NCBI RefSeq assembly: GCF_006345805.1
Contig: NC_043000.1
Span: 70,246,001 to 70,310,000 of the forward strand
Source: Octopus sinensis
Lineage: Eukaryota
Reading direction: 5' to 3'
Length of the DNA: 64,000 bases
Part shown: positions 37,718-49,389 of the stretch, one piece after another
Numbering within the stretch: position 1 is the stretch's first letter
How the letters are laid out: the number at the start of each line of letters is the position of its first letter
Notes under the pieces: model-generated
Told to the model about the DNA's origin: nothing
Databases searched by the model: none
Seen by the model: only the letters and a program-made list of their open reading frames with translations
Program-made: the position numbers and the translations under genes

Positions 37718-38675
37718 GGGAAGGGATAAACTACCTGCATCAACTTGCTATAAAAGCATAGTCTTATTCATAGTGCAAGTTTTAAAGATGGCAGCTCGAT
37801 TTTAACAGTTAATTTTTCAAAGTTATAATGGAAGTGACAAAGGAACATATTCGGCATATTTTGGTGTATGAATTCAATAAAGGCAACAATGAAACGGAAA
37901 ATGCGAGGAATATTAATGCAGCATATGGAGATAGAAAAATAAGAGTAAACCAGCGTCAACGCTGGTTCCAGAGATACCAATCCGTAAACTACAGCCTTGA
38001 AGACGAGCCTCGTCCTGGAAGATCTGTAGAGCTCGACGAAGATATCCTGGAAACCCTAGTGGAAAAAAATTGCATCGTATATGTTGAGGACCTAGCAGAG
38101 AAGCTTGGATCTGGTCATTCAACCATTTATCAACACCTCAGTGAATTGGGTCAATGGGTTCTTCACAAACGTTCCAAGTCTAATCGCGCCCAGAGTGTGA
38201 ATGTGTGCTTTTATTTGCTGTCACATCTCACGAATGAACCTTTTTTGACCGAACAGTGACTGGTGACGAGAAATGGGTTCTCTGACCAAACGATAACAAA
38301 GGCGATCTACTGCGAGATGTTTAAGCGGCTTAAGTCAGCGCTAGAAGAAAAGCTGGAGCAGTTTTAGTAGGAAACGATGCCCCAATAACCATATTTGCTG
38401 GACATTACCCCATCTGAGGATCATTTATTCCGCAGTCTTCAAAATTATTTGGACGGAAAAAATAGGAATTCTGTAGAGGTCAGAACAGTAGTGGAGGAGT
38501 ATTTTTCGTCACGGACAAGTGAATTTTGGAAGAGGGGCCTTGCAAGTCTACAGATAGATGAAAGAGCATTGTAAAAAATAAAGGAGAGTATATTTTAGAT
38601 TAGAAAAAAATTTTGTTTATCTTAATTTTGAAAAATAAAAGTATAAAAAACCTCATTATTCATGAGATGATCCAA
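37718..38675 (+). mobile_element. Mariner remnant (copy 2, part of the tandem duplication)
   Basis: Identical to 35985-36942. Confidence 0.85.
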
Positions 38676-39595
38676 TATGTATGTATGTATATATGTATGT
38701 GTGTATGTATGTATGTAGTATGTATGTATGTATGTATGTATGTATGTATGTATGTATGTATGTATGTATGTATGTATGTATGTATAAAATTAAATTAGGC
38801 AGCAGTTTAGCAATGTAACACCAAAGAGAAACATTATAATTTTCTTTAAACATGACAGATGGTGTTAGAAACACCTACAATGCTAGAAATAAGAACTAAA
38901 GTGCTTTGAAGCTGCAGCTGACGCACATACTTTTATACATACATACTGACAACGACTGTAAAAGGCCGAAATCGGTAGGCGTAATATCCCCAAACCGTTG
39001 ATAGTTTCGGCTTTAAGACCGAAGCCTCTTCAGTAAAGTCGGTACAACTCGCCAGATTCCAGATTCCATATATTTTTATGGAGTATACATATTTATTGGT
39101 AGCCATCTTATCTGGAATCTGACGATTTGTTTTGACCCTACTGAAGAGGCTTCGGTCTTAAAGCCGAAACAGTCCACGGTATTAGAGATATTACGACTGC
39201 CGATTTCGACCATTTATGGTCCCTGTCTGTACACGTATATATATATATATATATATAACGTGAAGTATATTTTCCACTTAAATCTGGCTAACCACTGAGG
39301 GTGGATGCTACTGTAGCTTGTAGCCCCAGGAGAACATCTCTAGCTGGCTATTGACACACTTTCTGTGTCCCCCTATCAATATTTGCAAAGGGAAGCCATC
39401 CTTCCCATCGTCGACCTGACGTGATACGCACGGACTTGAGTTTCTGGGTATTTACCCGTCGTCAGCGCACAACAATCACCGGTCTTCTATGCGAAGGGGT
39501 CCCAATGCAAATACATATATCCTTTTTCCAGTGACGAAAAGTCACTGATTTCAAAAAAAGTGTCACTGATCTCGAAAAAACCTCGTTCAGAGATT

Positions 39596-39651
<56 letters not shown>

Positions 39652-39662
39652 GGTACTTTTAA

Positions 39663-39860
39663 ATAAGCTTAAGGTTTATGGCGATCACCATGCAATGACT
39701 AATGGAAATAGTCTAATAACGGGGCATACAAGCCCTCGACAGAAAAAAGAAGGCTTTACTATCCGCGTGGAACTCGAACCAACATCCCTTTGTTGTCGAG
39801 GGCTTATATGCCCCGTTATTAGACTATTTACACGGTGATCGCCATAAGCTTTAAGCTTAT
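39663..39860. repeat. MITE-like palindrome with a Pol III B-box-like motif in the loop
   Basis: Outer arms of about 27 bp and inner arms of 36 bp; the loop minus strand reads GGTTCGAGTTCC...CTTTTTT. Confidence 0.8.
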
Positions 39861-39942
39861 ATAAATATGTCATTATTATTATTTACAGGATTGTAAAATA
39901 CGTTGCCGTATAACAAAGCCATTCGCACTGAAAGCATATATA

Positions 39943-41553
39943 CAGTGGGGAGAAATAAATATTCGTACATGTCAAAATTCTTTATTTATTTAATTTCTAA
40001 TGAACATAAATGGGATATACCAATACTATATTTGCATACACATGCATAAACTAAGAATATGCAAAAGAAACTAATAAATTATAGTAACTAGTGAATTTAT
40101 ATACAATTATAAATATTTAGGGGTGAAAAAAGTATTCGTACAGAATAAATTTATGATTTTCTATGCCACAAAATACTGTTAAAATAATTTTCTTTTACTA
40201 GAACTATCTTGTTTGTTCCAATAATCTTATCAGTTGTCATTTTTAAGTGTCAAAACACTAGCTTCATTCAGCATTGAGACAACATAAAGTAGTATCGTAA
40301 TAATGGCGAAAAGTAAAGAACTCACAAATTCAATGAAAAACTTAATTATTGAACAGTGGAAAGCAGGTAAAAGTTACAAGAAAATATCAGAGACCCTTTG
40401 TATTCCATTTTCTACCATATCTTCATTTATTCAAAGATATAAAAAAAATCGAGAACTGTTGAAAACAGAATACGATCTGGTGCACCACGGAAGATTTCCC
40501 CTAGATCTTTAAGAACAATGAAGCGAAGAATCGGAAAAAACGCAATGATCACCAGAAAGGAGTTGCAAGAAGATTTGTTAGCTTCGGGGACTAGTGCTAC
40601 ACTACGAACAATCAGCAATGAACTTCATAGGAATGAACTGAAATCCCGCTCTCCTAGAAAAACTCCGCTGTTGACTAAAAGGCATAGAGATGCCCGTTTA
40701 AAATTTGTTTATGAACATAAAGATAAATCTGATACATTCTGTGAAACTGTTCTATGGACAGAGTCGAAAATTGAATTGTTTGGACGAAATTCGCGTAGCC
40801 ATGTTCGGAGGAAAGATGGTACCGCCAATTCGCCGAAAAACACAGTTCTGACCGTAAAGTTTGGAGGTGGCAACATCATGGTGTGGGGGTGTTTCTCTGC
40901 AAATGGTACTGGCAATTTACATGTGATAGATGGTAGAATGAATGCAGTGATGTACCAAAATATTTTGAACAATGATTTATGGGACTCTGTAGAAAAGCTC
41001 CAGCTTTGTGAAGGGTGGGTTTTACAACAGGATAACGATCCTAAGCACACGGCGAAGTCTACCAAAAAATGGATTGTCGATCACAATATAAAATTATTAG
41101 AATGGCAAAGCCAGTCACTTGACTTGAACTCCATTGAAAATTTGTGGCATTATTTGAAAATTAAAATTCATTCAAGAGCCCCAACGCGCATTGCAGATTT
41201 GAAGAAAATTTGTCAAGAATGGGAAATAATTCCTAAAGAAACATGCGAATCATTGATCAAGAACTACAAGAAGAGATTGGTTGAAGTGGAACTGAATAAT
41301 GGTTATCGTTATGCTACAAAGTATTAAATCAGAATTATCAGTTATTTATGTTCTCTACGAATACTTTTTTCACCTCTAAATATATATAATTGAATATAAA
41401 TTCCTTAGTTACTATAATTTATTAGTTTCTGTTGCATATTCTTAGTTTATGCATGTGTATGCAAATATAGTATTGGTATATCCCATTTATGTTCATTAGA
41501 AATTAAATAAATAAAGTATTTTGACATGTACGAATATTTATTTCCCCCCACTG
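39943..41553 (+). mobile_element. Tc1 (DD34E) transposon with about 210-bp IR/DR-type TIRs
   Basis: TA-CAGTGGGGAGAAATAAATATTCGTAC ... GTACGAATATTTATTTCCCCCCACTG; each TIR carries two TATTCGTA direct repeats. Confidence 0.95.
40303..41327 (+). pseudogene. Tc1 transposase, frameshifted, first catalytic Asp missing
   Basis: Paired-like HTH (40303-40512), then RKTPLL, VLWT-ESK (D absent), VKFGGGNIMVWGCF, QQDNDPKH and NSIENLW. Confidence 0.9.
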
Positions 41554-41563
41554 TGTGTGTGTG

Positions 41564-41594
<31 letters not shown>

Positions 41595-41712
41595 TGTTAT
41601 ATTTCGGAATGGTCGTATTGCCAGTTTAGCCAATAAAAACACACGCACTATATATTTGGTGTTATTTTGCTTCAGTGTAATTTATTTTTTACATTAATCT
41701 TAATCTTATTTC

Positions 41713-41757
41713 GGCCAGAGTTCTTTCGTCACACTCTTGTGACCGCATCAGTGGTCC
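41713..41757 (-). ncRNA. Variant minimal hammerhead in the PLE-2 3' terminal repeat
   Basis: GGACCA-CTGATGCG-GTCAC-loop-GTGAC-GAAA-GAAC-TC-TGGCC. Confidence 0.55.
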
Positions 41758-42129
41758 TTTGTTTTCTTCTTTCTTATTTGTGTCTCTCCTTACTAACCAT
41801 CAGCCATTTTGTATTTCTATTGTATGTCTTCATTTGCGCATGCTTATATCTCTATGTGCGTTTATGTTTATTTAGTGTGTGTATGTGGGGGGATGCCTGT
41901 AATATTTGTATCTTCTGTTTATATATGTTCATGTAATTTGAATTTTGTTTTTGTTGTTTTTGTTTATTCTTATTTTGTTCATGTGTTTACATCCACTTAT
42001 TATTATCATTACATATGCTTGTATGTATAACAACAATACTAGTAATAGTAATAATAAATCGAATCGAAAAAAAATATAAATAAAAAATTATAAATAAAAA
42101 AAAATTATTAAAAAAAAATATATATATAC

Positions 42130-42176
<47 letters not shown>

Positions 42177-42234
42177 TTTATTTCTATTAGTTTATTTATC
42201 TGTGTATTTATTATGTTTTCAGGATCCTCTATTG

Positions 42235-42950
42235 TCATATGTTGTGGTGTGTGTTAGTGCTCCATTCTAGTTTTCTATTCAGGCTATGTTTATTTTCTAT
42301 TATGTGTGTAGCTTCTGTAATTTGTCTAATTGTTGCATCTGATCTATGTGTGGATAATATTTTAATTTCTATGTTATTGATTGATCCCCCGTGTTCCTGT
42401 TCGGCGTGTTGGTACAGAATCGATGAGCTTTTACCTTCTTTGAGTTGTCTCCAATGCTCATTTACCCGCTCTCCTATGCTTCTTGCCGTTTCCCCTAGGT
42501 ATGTCGTTGTCTTGTTACTACATCGTCCCTCTATACATCTTATACTATAGACTACATTTCTGGCTTTACAGTTTGTTTGTGGGCTAAATCTACATATAGT
42601 ACAGTACTTATCCGTACAGGGGGTTCTACTAAAAGGATAGGTCTTACCAATTATAGATTTGATAGGGTTGCCTGGCTTTTCAACAACCTTAATTCTTAGC
42701 TTAAGTTTGTCTAGGGTCCTTCTAAAGCGGTACGCCAGTTCACCTCCAGGGGTGGTGTCAACGAACATGACGCTCTGGTATTTATGGCTATCATACCAAG
42801 AGTTGGCCTTCCCTGTTTTCAGATTTTGTCCTTTCTATTCCCATTCCTATCATTACATAATATATTATCAAAATTCTTAATGGCTCTTTTGTATACTCTG
42901 ATCCTTTCTTTATGGCTGTAACCTGAGAACTGCATGCGGTGAATGAAATA
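42235..42950 (-). pseudogene. PLE-2 linker and GIY-YIG endonuclease
   Basis: IQYFIHRMQFSGYS, MFVDTTPGGEL, CTDKYCTIC, NVVYSIRC...YLGETARSIGERVNEH, RQITEA, LNRKLEW. Confidence 0.9.
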
Positions 42951-42954
42951 TTGT

Positions 42955-44011
42955 ATGAGATCCAGAAAACACTTTGCAGCACTCAAACGATTCGAACTCT
43001 GATGCCTTTACGAGGGGCCAATTCTGCGGCGTAAAGAGTGGCTAGAAGAGAAATCAAAGTGAGTAGATATGGAGCCAATTTTTCGGATAAACAAATTAGA
43101 AATACCAGCTTAAACATTTAATCATTTAAACATTTAAACATTCCACTTTTAAACTTCTCTGCACCATGATCTGAAATGTAACATTTTTTCTACCATGATG
43201 ACGGAGGCTCGATTTATCTAATGTTTATTTGCTTCCATTACGGACTGCATATTTTGGTGAACTACATCGACCAACATTATGATAAATCTCCGAGCACCCA
43301 GAAACTGTTGTTAGACTTATAATACCTTACTTGTTCCCCTTTAATTTTCTTAGTCGTTTTGTACTCTGTGTAAGTTTGGTTTATCTCTATATATAAAACT
43401 GAAATGCGTTTTTACCGCTTGGATCGCTTTCAATGCCACTACGTCCCGTCCGATTCGCTCCAAAATTTACAGGGACATGTAGAATGAGGTGACGATGCTC
43501 GTGGGCTATCTTAAAAGGTGTGGTTGCTAGGGGCCATCTTCCTCACTCACGCTATTTCCTCCTTTCCCTCTCTTACTCCCCTTCATTTATAACTTTGAGA
43601 ATGTCCACTCCCGTTATTTAATGTATTCCCCTCAACTCCCTTTCACTTTCCCTTTATAAGTTCGTCAGACGGCTTTCTTTGATGCATCTACCTGCATTCA
43701 TAGGGAGAATTATCATCGCTACCAACAACACACAATCATGAGAACAAATATTATGAATCAGATATTCATTGCGTTCATTTATATATGTGTGTGTGTGTGT
43801 GTGTTCGATATATAAATATGTATATATAATGTATATATACAAAGTGTATATATCTGTATTTATGTATATCAAACTTTTTAATACTTTTTGATAGTTATAT
43901 ATATTTTTAAACAACTTATAAGTATAATTTAATAATTTTTATTTTAAATTTAAATGATTTAAATTTTTCAATTTTATCAAATATTATGAATCAGATATTC
44001 TTGCGTTCATT

Positions 44012-44042
<31 letters not shown>

Positions 44043-44088
44043 TCTATATATAAATATGTATATATAATGTATGTGTGTGTGGGTGTGT
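42955..44088. mobile_element. Composite insertion interrupting PLE-2 (204-bp block, Helitron-like 5' fragment, about 235-bp AT-rich tandem unit)
   Basis: Splits RT ...MCEPTE from IQYFIH...; blocks recur at 48421-48970; 43384 starts A|TCTCTATATATAAAACTGAAATG. Confidence 0.75.
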
Positions 44089-45993
44089 GTTCTCTGTAGG
44101 CTCGCACATGCGTGACACATTTCTCATTATTCTGACGAGGTCTGCCATCAAAATATTGAATTTGGCATTGTCCGCAATGGCTGAGTTCCGGTGGATCAAG
44201 TATTTTGAGGCCATAGGTTTGGCATAGTATGAATGAAGGATTTGGGTTTTATTATTCACAATTTCTAGCCAGAATTCGGTGTCTAGTACTGGTAGTCTAT
44301 GGTTGGGGTGTTTAGTGGGGTAGTCTATTGTGACCTTAATACTCTGGTGGATGGAGTTAGCTATTTGCTGGATGCTCTCCATAGCATTAGTTACTATTAC
44401 TATATCAACATTACTCTCTTGTGAGGGTGCCTTCACCACTATGTTGATATCATCAACATAGCGAGAGTACATGTTTACGAGAATGGAGTTCTGTGTTAGG
44501 CGTTCTTTAAGCCTTCTGTCCCACCATACAATGAAAAGGTTGGCTACATCACCAGCGATACTAACGCCGATGGCTGCCCCCTCGTCCTGGGCATATATTT
44601 TATTATTAAACTTAAACGTGTGGCCTTTTAGGGTAACTCTTATACTAGCTCCTAGTGCATGTGCGATCATTTTCTTTATCTGATGGACATTTGCGGGGCT
44701 CCGTATGGCTCTGGTCCATCTGCGCCATCTTTCTATATGTGTCTTCCTAGTCATAGAAGTAATTGTGGGCGGTCTACCTCTTAAACATCTACTGGGGCAG
44801 AAACTACTAAGATTATGTTTATCTAAGTATTCATTATTACATGTCAGTCTAAGTAGGAGGCCCAGTTCTTCTGTGTTGACATTACAGAACTCCACCTGGC
44901 TCTCATTGATCATCTCCACGCACTTCTCCACCGCAAAATCTACGTCGATCGATGGGTATAGGGATACCACATCCATGCTACCCACCATACATCCTGTCAG
45001 GTCACAAGTGCTGTTACAGTCATCGATCCTGCTGAGGAGATCTTCTGTGCTGTCACAAACATCAGGTGACATCCGGATTATACGGCGTATGATCATTGAG
45101 AGGAAGTAGGAGATTCTGTAATTGCTAGCGATATTCGCTCCACAGACTGGTCTTGTTGGTGGTCCTGCTATAGGGTCAGTAATTACTTTATGGTCCTTGC
45201 GAAGTCCATACAGTGCCGGGATATCATTGTTCCAGGCTTGGAAATTATTTGCTGTACGTTTCTGGGGTCCCAGAACAATTGTCCACATCATCATGTGGGC
45301 GTTGAGGACCTTTTCTCTCTCCTCATGTGCCTCTACAGTTGTTATTTTTGTATTGGCGATATGAGGTTGCATTGCCTGGATGTAGTTCGGTAAGCTGTCT
45401 ATTGACATCCTGCCGGACTTATCTGTGGGAAGGCATACCACCTCTCCGTTCCTCGTGCGCTGAATGAGCTTATGTAGACCACATGCAGGTTTAATCCCGA
45501 GTTGTTGGGCCTCTGTCTTATTCTGTCTCTGTCTCTTAGTGTATAATCCTAAAATCTGTCTAAGTTTGGTCCTAGCTATAGTGAACTGTGCTTCCATGTG
45601 GTCATTAGTATGTCTTGGGATGTAGACTCTTTTGTTGAAGGGTAATGTTGTTGGATAAATCCGGCTCATGCAGTAAGTTTTGTAACATACGTTGAAGAAT
45701 TGAGTGTCAAAGGAGTGGGTATACGTGTCAATGGTCATTCTAGGGTTATCTTCATTATCGTTACTGTTTCCATCATCAGCCTGCCTATTATTATTACCAC
45801 CATTACCACTACTACTATTATTACTATTACCACCACAACTACCATCATTACTACTTCTACTATTACTACCACCACTACTACTACCACTATTATTGTTATT
45901 ACCATTATTCCTACCATTGCCATTATTACTATCATTCTGATTATCGCTAGTGATATTTTCATTGTTCTTGTTTCTGGTGTATGTGTTGTTCAT
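44044..45993 (-). pseudogene. PLE reverse transcriptase with Asn/Gly/Ser-rich N-terminal segment
   Basis: LPTDKSG, YGLRKDHK, RPVCG, MDVVSLYPSI, GAAIGVSIAG, RYVDDI, LPVLD and YAKP; the frame ends at the insertion. Confidence 0.93.
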
Positions 45994-46007
45994 ATTAGTG
46001 TTGGGTT

Positions 46008-47200
46008 TTATGTCTGTCTGTTGGTCCCTGTCATTCCCCTGTTGTGGTTGTTATTTTTGTTCCTACGAGTATTGTTATCTGTTTCAAGTCTACTGACTCC
46101 CTGTCCAAGGATTCTGTTGCATTCAACTTTATTTTCCATCGTGACCTCCATGACACAATTTTTATTCGTGTCTTTGTGACTATGGTTATCTGTGTGTGTG
46201 TTTGTGTGTCGGTTCTTCCTATAATTGTTGTTGTTGTTGCTGTTGTATACGATTTTTTTCTCTCTGTTTATGTTTTTGTTTTTGTATCTATTGTTTGTGT
46301 CTATGCATTCATTTTTTCTATTGTTGTTGTTGTTGCCGCTGTTATGGTTCGTGTTGCTTTTGTTGCTACGGTTGTTATTGCTGTGGTCATTATTGTTTGT
46401 GTTGTTATTGCTGCGGTTAGTGTTTTTCACGTTGTTGTTGTTGTCGCAAGTGTTGTTGTCATTGTGTCTATTTAAATTCCAACGTATTTTTGTGAACGAC
46501 TTTTCAATCTCAGACAGGCATTTGATGGTATTCACCTTACTATACACTGCATACTTTGGTGGTAGTTGAAGTATCGATATTTTGTCTGGGTCCGTTGTTA
46601 CTCCCCCATAGATGTTCGTTTCATTGTCTTTATTGAAGTCTTCTGGTAGTAGCACATCTTCCATAACAATTCCATTTATTGTATCTGGATACTTCTGATT
46701 TTCTTCCTTTGCGAGCTCATATTGATGTTTCTGTTTCAACCACGATAACTTCCTCTTAAAATGGATATTGCATTGGTGTATTACGTGTCTGTTTTCTTCA
46801 TATATTATATCCATTAGTAAAGTTTTCTCCTTTCGTGTGGTGATGTTTTTAATTTCTTTTAAAAATATACGTTTACGCTTCTCTTGTTCGCTCAGCTCTC
46901 TGTAAATTTTATTTCTAATATTTACCATTAGCGTCCTTTTTAGCCTTTCAGCCTGTCCGTTAGTGTGGTCAAGCCGTTTAACGTTGGCTGTGACCTTGTT
47001 GATACATATTCTGGACGAGACACATTAAAACGAAGCTGTTGCGTTGTCACGGTTTTCTTTAGGCAACAGAATATAGTGTTCTTCAGCTTCTTGCAAGCCT
47101 GGCTATAGCTCACGTTAGTACGTTTAAATATTTGTTGTGCAAGATTTTTTATGTGAAGTCGTGTGTTGAAACAGATATTGTTATATTTCGGAATGGTCAT
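46008..47200 (-). pseudogene. PLE-2 N-terminal ORF region (two frames), start ATG inside the 5' terminal repeat
   Basis: MTIPKYNN begins within the repeat; FKRKLSWLK, L.LPPKYA, and an Asn-rich tract. Confidence 0.75.
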
Positions 47201-47296
47201 ATTGCCAGTTTAGCCAATAAAAACACACGCACTATATATTTGGTGTTATTTTGCTTCAGTGTTATTTATTTTTTACAGTAATCTTAATCTTATTTC

Positions 47297-47341
47297 GGCC
47301 AGAGTTCTTTCGTCACACTCATGTGACCGCATCAGTGGTCC
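47297..47341 (-). ncRNA. Variant minimal hammerhead in the PLE-2 5' terminal repeat
   Basis: Same as 41713-41757, with one change in the stem II loop. Confidence 0.55.
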
Positions 47342-47370
47342 TTTGTTTTCTTCTTTCTTATTTGTGAACA

Positions 47371-47445
<75 letters not shown>

Positions 47446-47446
<1 letters not shown>

Positions 47447-48230
47447 TGAAGAATGCAAAGTAATCTTCATTACAGAGCACGAAATCTTAAGATATAGGAT
47501 TATCCAAAATTTGTAAATATTCCTGCTCATTTTCTCGCATTCGGCCTTGGGTTATGAATAGAGAACAAATTTAAAGTGGACTGTATTTGACATCTACTTC
47601 TAGCGTATAGGTACTGACATTCCAGTGCCCTTATTTATAATTATATCTTTACAATTATATACTTAATTTTACCGATATGGTCGTTTATTTTTTATATTCT
47701 AACCACTGATATAATCATCTTAATGATTATATCTTCCGTTTATAAGTATAAATAATTTTGAGTTCTCTAGTCATTATATTATGCTGCAGGACTGTATTTA
47801 CCCAGTATGATTTCCGACATTAACAACATGGCGGGGATGGGCGAATAAAGGTAATATATACGCGGGAAATGCATGTATACATTGGTATCTGTACACAAGA
47901 ATTTATCGGTATGTATATGTAATTTTCACTTATATATTGTCGATTTATCTCTATTGAGGATTACAAGGTAATCTTCATTACAGAGCACGAAATCTTAAGA
48001 TATAGGATTACCCGAAATCTGTAAATCTTCTTGCTCATTTCCTCGCATTCGGCCATGGGTTATAAATAGAGAAAAAATTTAGAGTATATTGTAGGCATTT
48101 AACATCTACTTCTAGCGTATAGGTACTGACATTCCAGTGCCTTAATTATAATTATACTCTTATAATTATGTACTTCAAAATCAATTTTACCGATATGGGG
48201 GATTTTTATACGCAAGCCACTGATATAATA
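47446..48230 (+). mobile_element. Tandem 508-bp-period repeat with one hammerhead motif per unit (retrozyme-like)
   Basis: CTGAAGA-aTGC...GCAc-GAAA-TCTTAAGA-TA-TAGG at 47446-47498; the second copy has GAAA at 47989 and core TTGAGGA. Confidence 0.65.
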
Positions 48231-48297
48231 ATGTTCCCAATTTATATATTTCAACAATAATAATAATAAGACTTATTACGAAATTGTATCGCATCAC

Positions 48298-48337
<40 letters not shown>

Positions 48338-48369
48338 CTTTACATAGACCTACACAGGCTTCAAATTAT

Positions 48370-48413
<44 letters not shown>

Positions 48414-48420
48414 TTAATAG

Positions 48421-48706
48421 ATGAGATCCAGAAAACACTTTGCACCACTCAAACGATTCGAACTCTGATGCCTTTACGAGGGGCCAATTCTGCGGCGTAA
48501 AGAGTGGCCAGAAGTGGAATCAAAGTGAGTAGATATGGAGCCAATTTTTCGGATAAACAAATTAGAAATACCAGCTTAAACATTTAATCATTTAAACATT
48601 TAAACATTCCACTTTTAAACTTCTTAATAATTTTTATTTTAAATTTAAATGATTTAAATTTTTCAATTTTATCAAATATTATGAATCAGATATTCTTGCG
48701 TTCATT

Positions 48707-48748
<42 letters not shown>

Positions 48749-48970
48749 CTATATATAAATATGTATATATAATGTATGTGTGTGTGTGTGTGTTCTATAT
48801 ATAAATATGTATATATAATGTATATATACAAAGTGTATATATCTGTATTTATGTATATTAAACTTTTTCATACTTTTTCATAGTTATATATATTTTTAAA
48901 CAAATGATAAATATAATTTAATAATTTTTATTTTCAATTTAAATAATTTAAATTTTTCAATTTTATATTT
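48421..48970 (+). repeat. Second copy of the element that interrupts PLE-2
   Basis: 48421-48624 matches 42955-43158; 48625-48790 matches 43930-44085. Confidence 0.85.
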
Positions 48971-49389
48971 TATATATTTTCTATATTATATTTTTTTTAA
49001 TGTTTTTGTTTTTGGTTTTTCACTGTTTGATTTGCCTATTATCTCTAATTTAATTTATACAGATATATATCTCATTTGTATACATTTGTATATATAATGC
49101 GTGCACACACACACACGCACACACATATATATACACATATATATATATATATATATAATGTGTGCATTACGTAGTTGGTCGATTCAGCTGAAAATATGCA
49201 CACCTATGTTAAAAGTGCTGGCAAGTTTGCATGACAACTATTCTTTTTCCTCAAATTAAAGGCGTCACCTCTATGACAAAATTACTCATCTTATAAAATG
49301 TGACCCCAGTAGACCCGAATGAAATCGAGTTATATTAACCAAAATGTGAAAAGGGGTCTAAATGGGGCTGGAAGGGGATTAAAATTTCA

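Larger units (their letters stand above)
35804..39235 (+). repeat. 1733-bp tandem duplication (35804-37503 and 37537-39235)
   Basis: Identical ORFs at 36095 and 37828; the visible differences are confined to microsatellite tracts. Confidence 0.95.
41591..47366 (-). mobile_element. Near full-length Penelope-like element (PLE-2) with 192-bp direct terminal repeats
   Basis: Repeats at 41591-41782 and 47175-47366; coding pieces 46940-47200, 46008-46928, 44044-45993 (RT) and 42235-42768 (GIY-YIG); interrupted at 42955-44088. Confidence 0.95.

Noticed and set aside
42995-43050. CTGATG followed by a CTTTACG/CGTAAAG stem as an HHR
   Set aside because: No GAAA after the stem.
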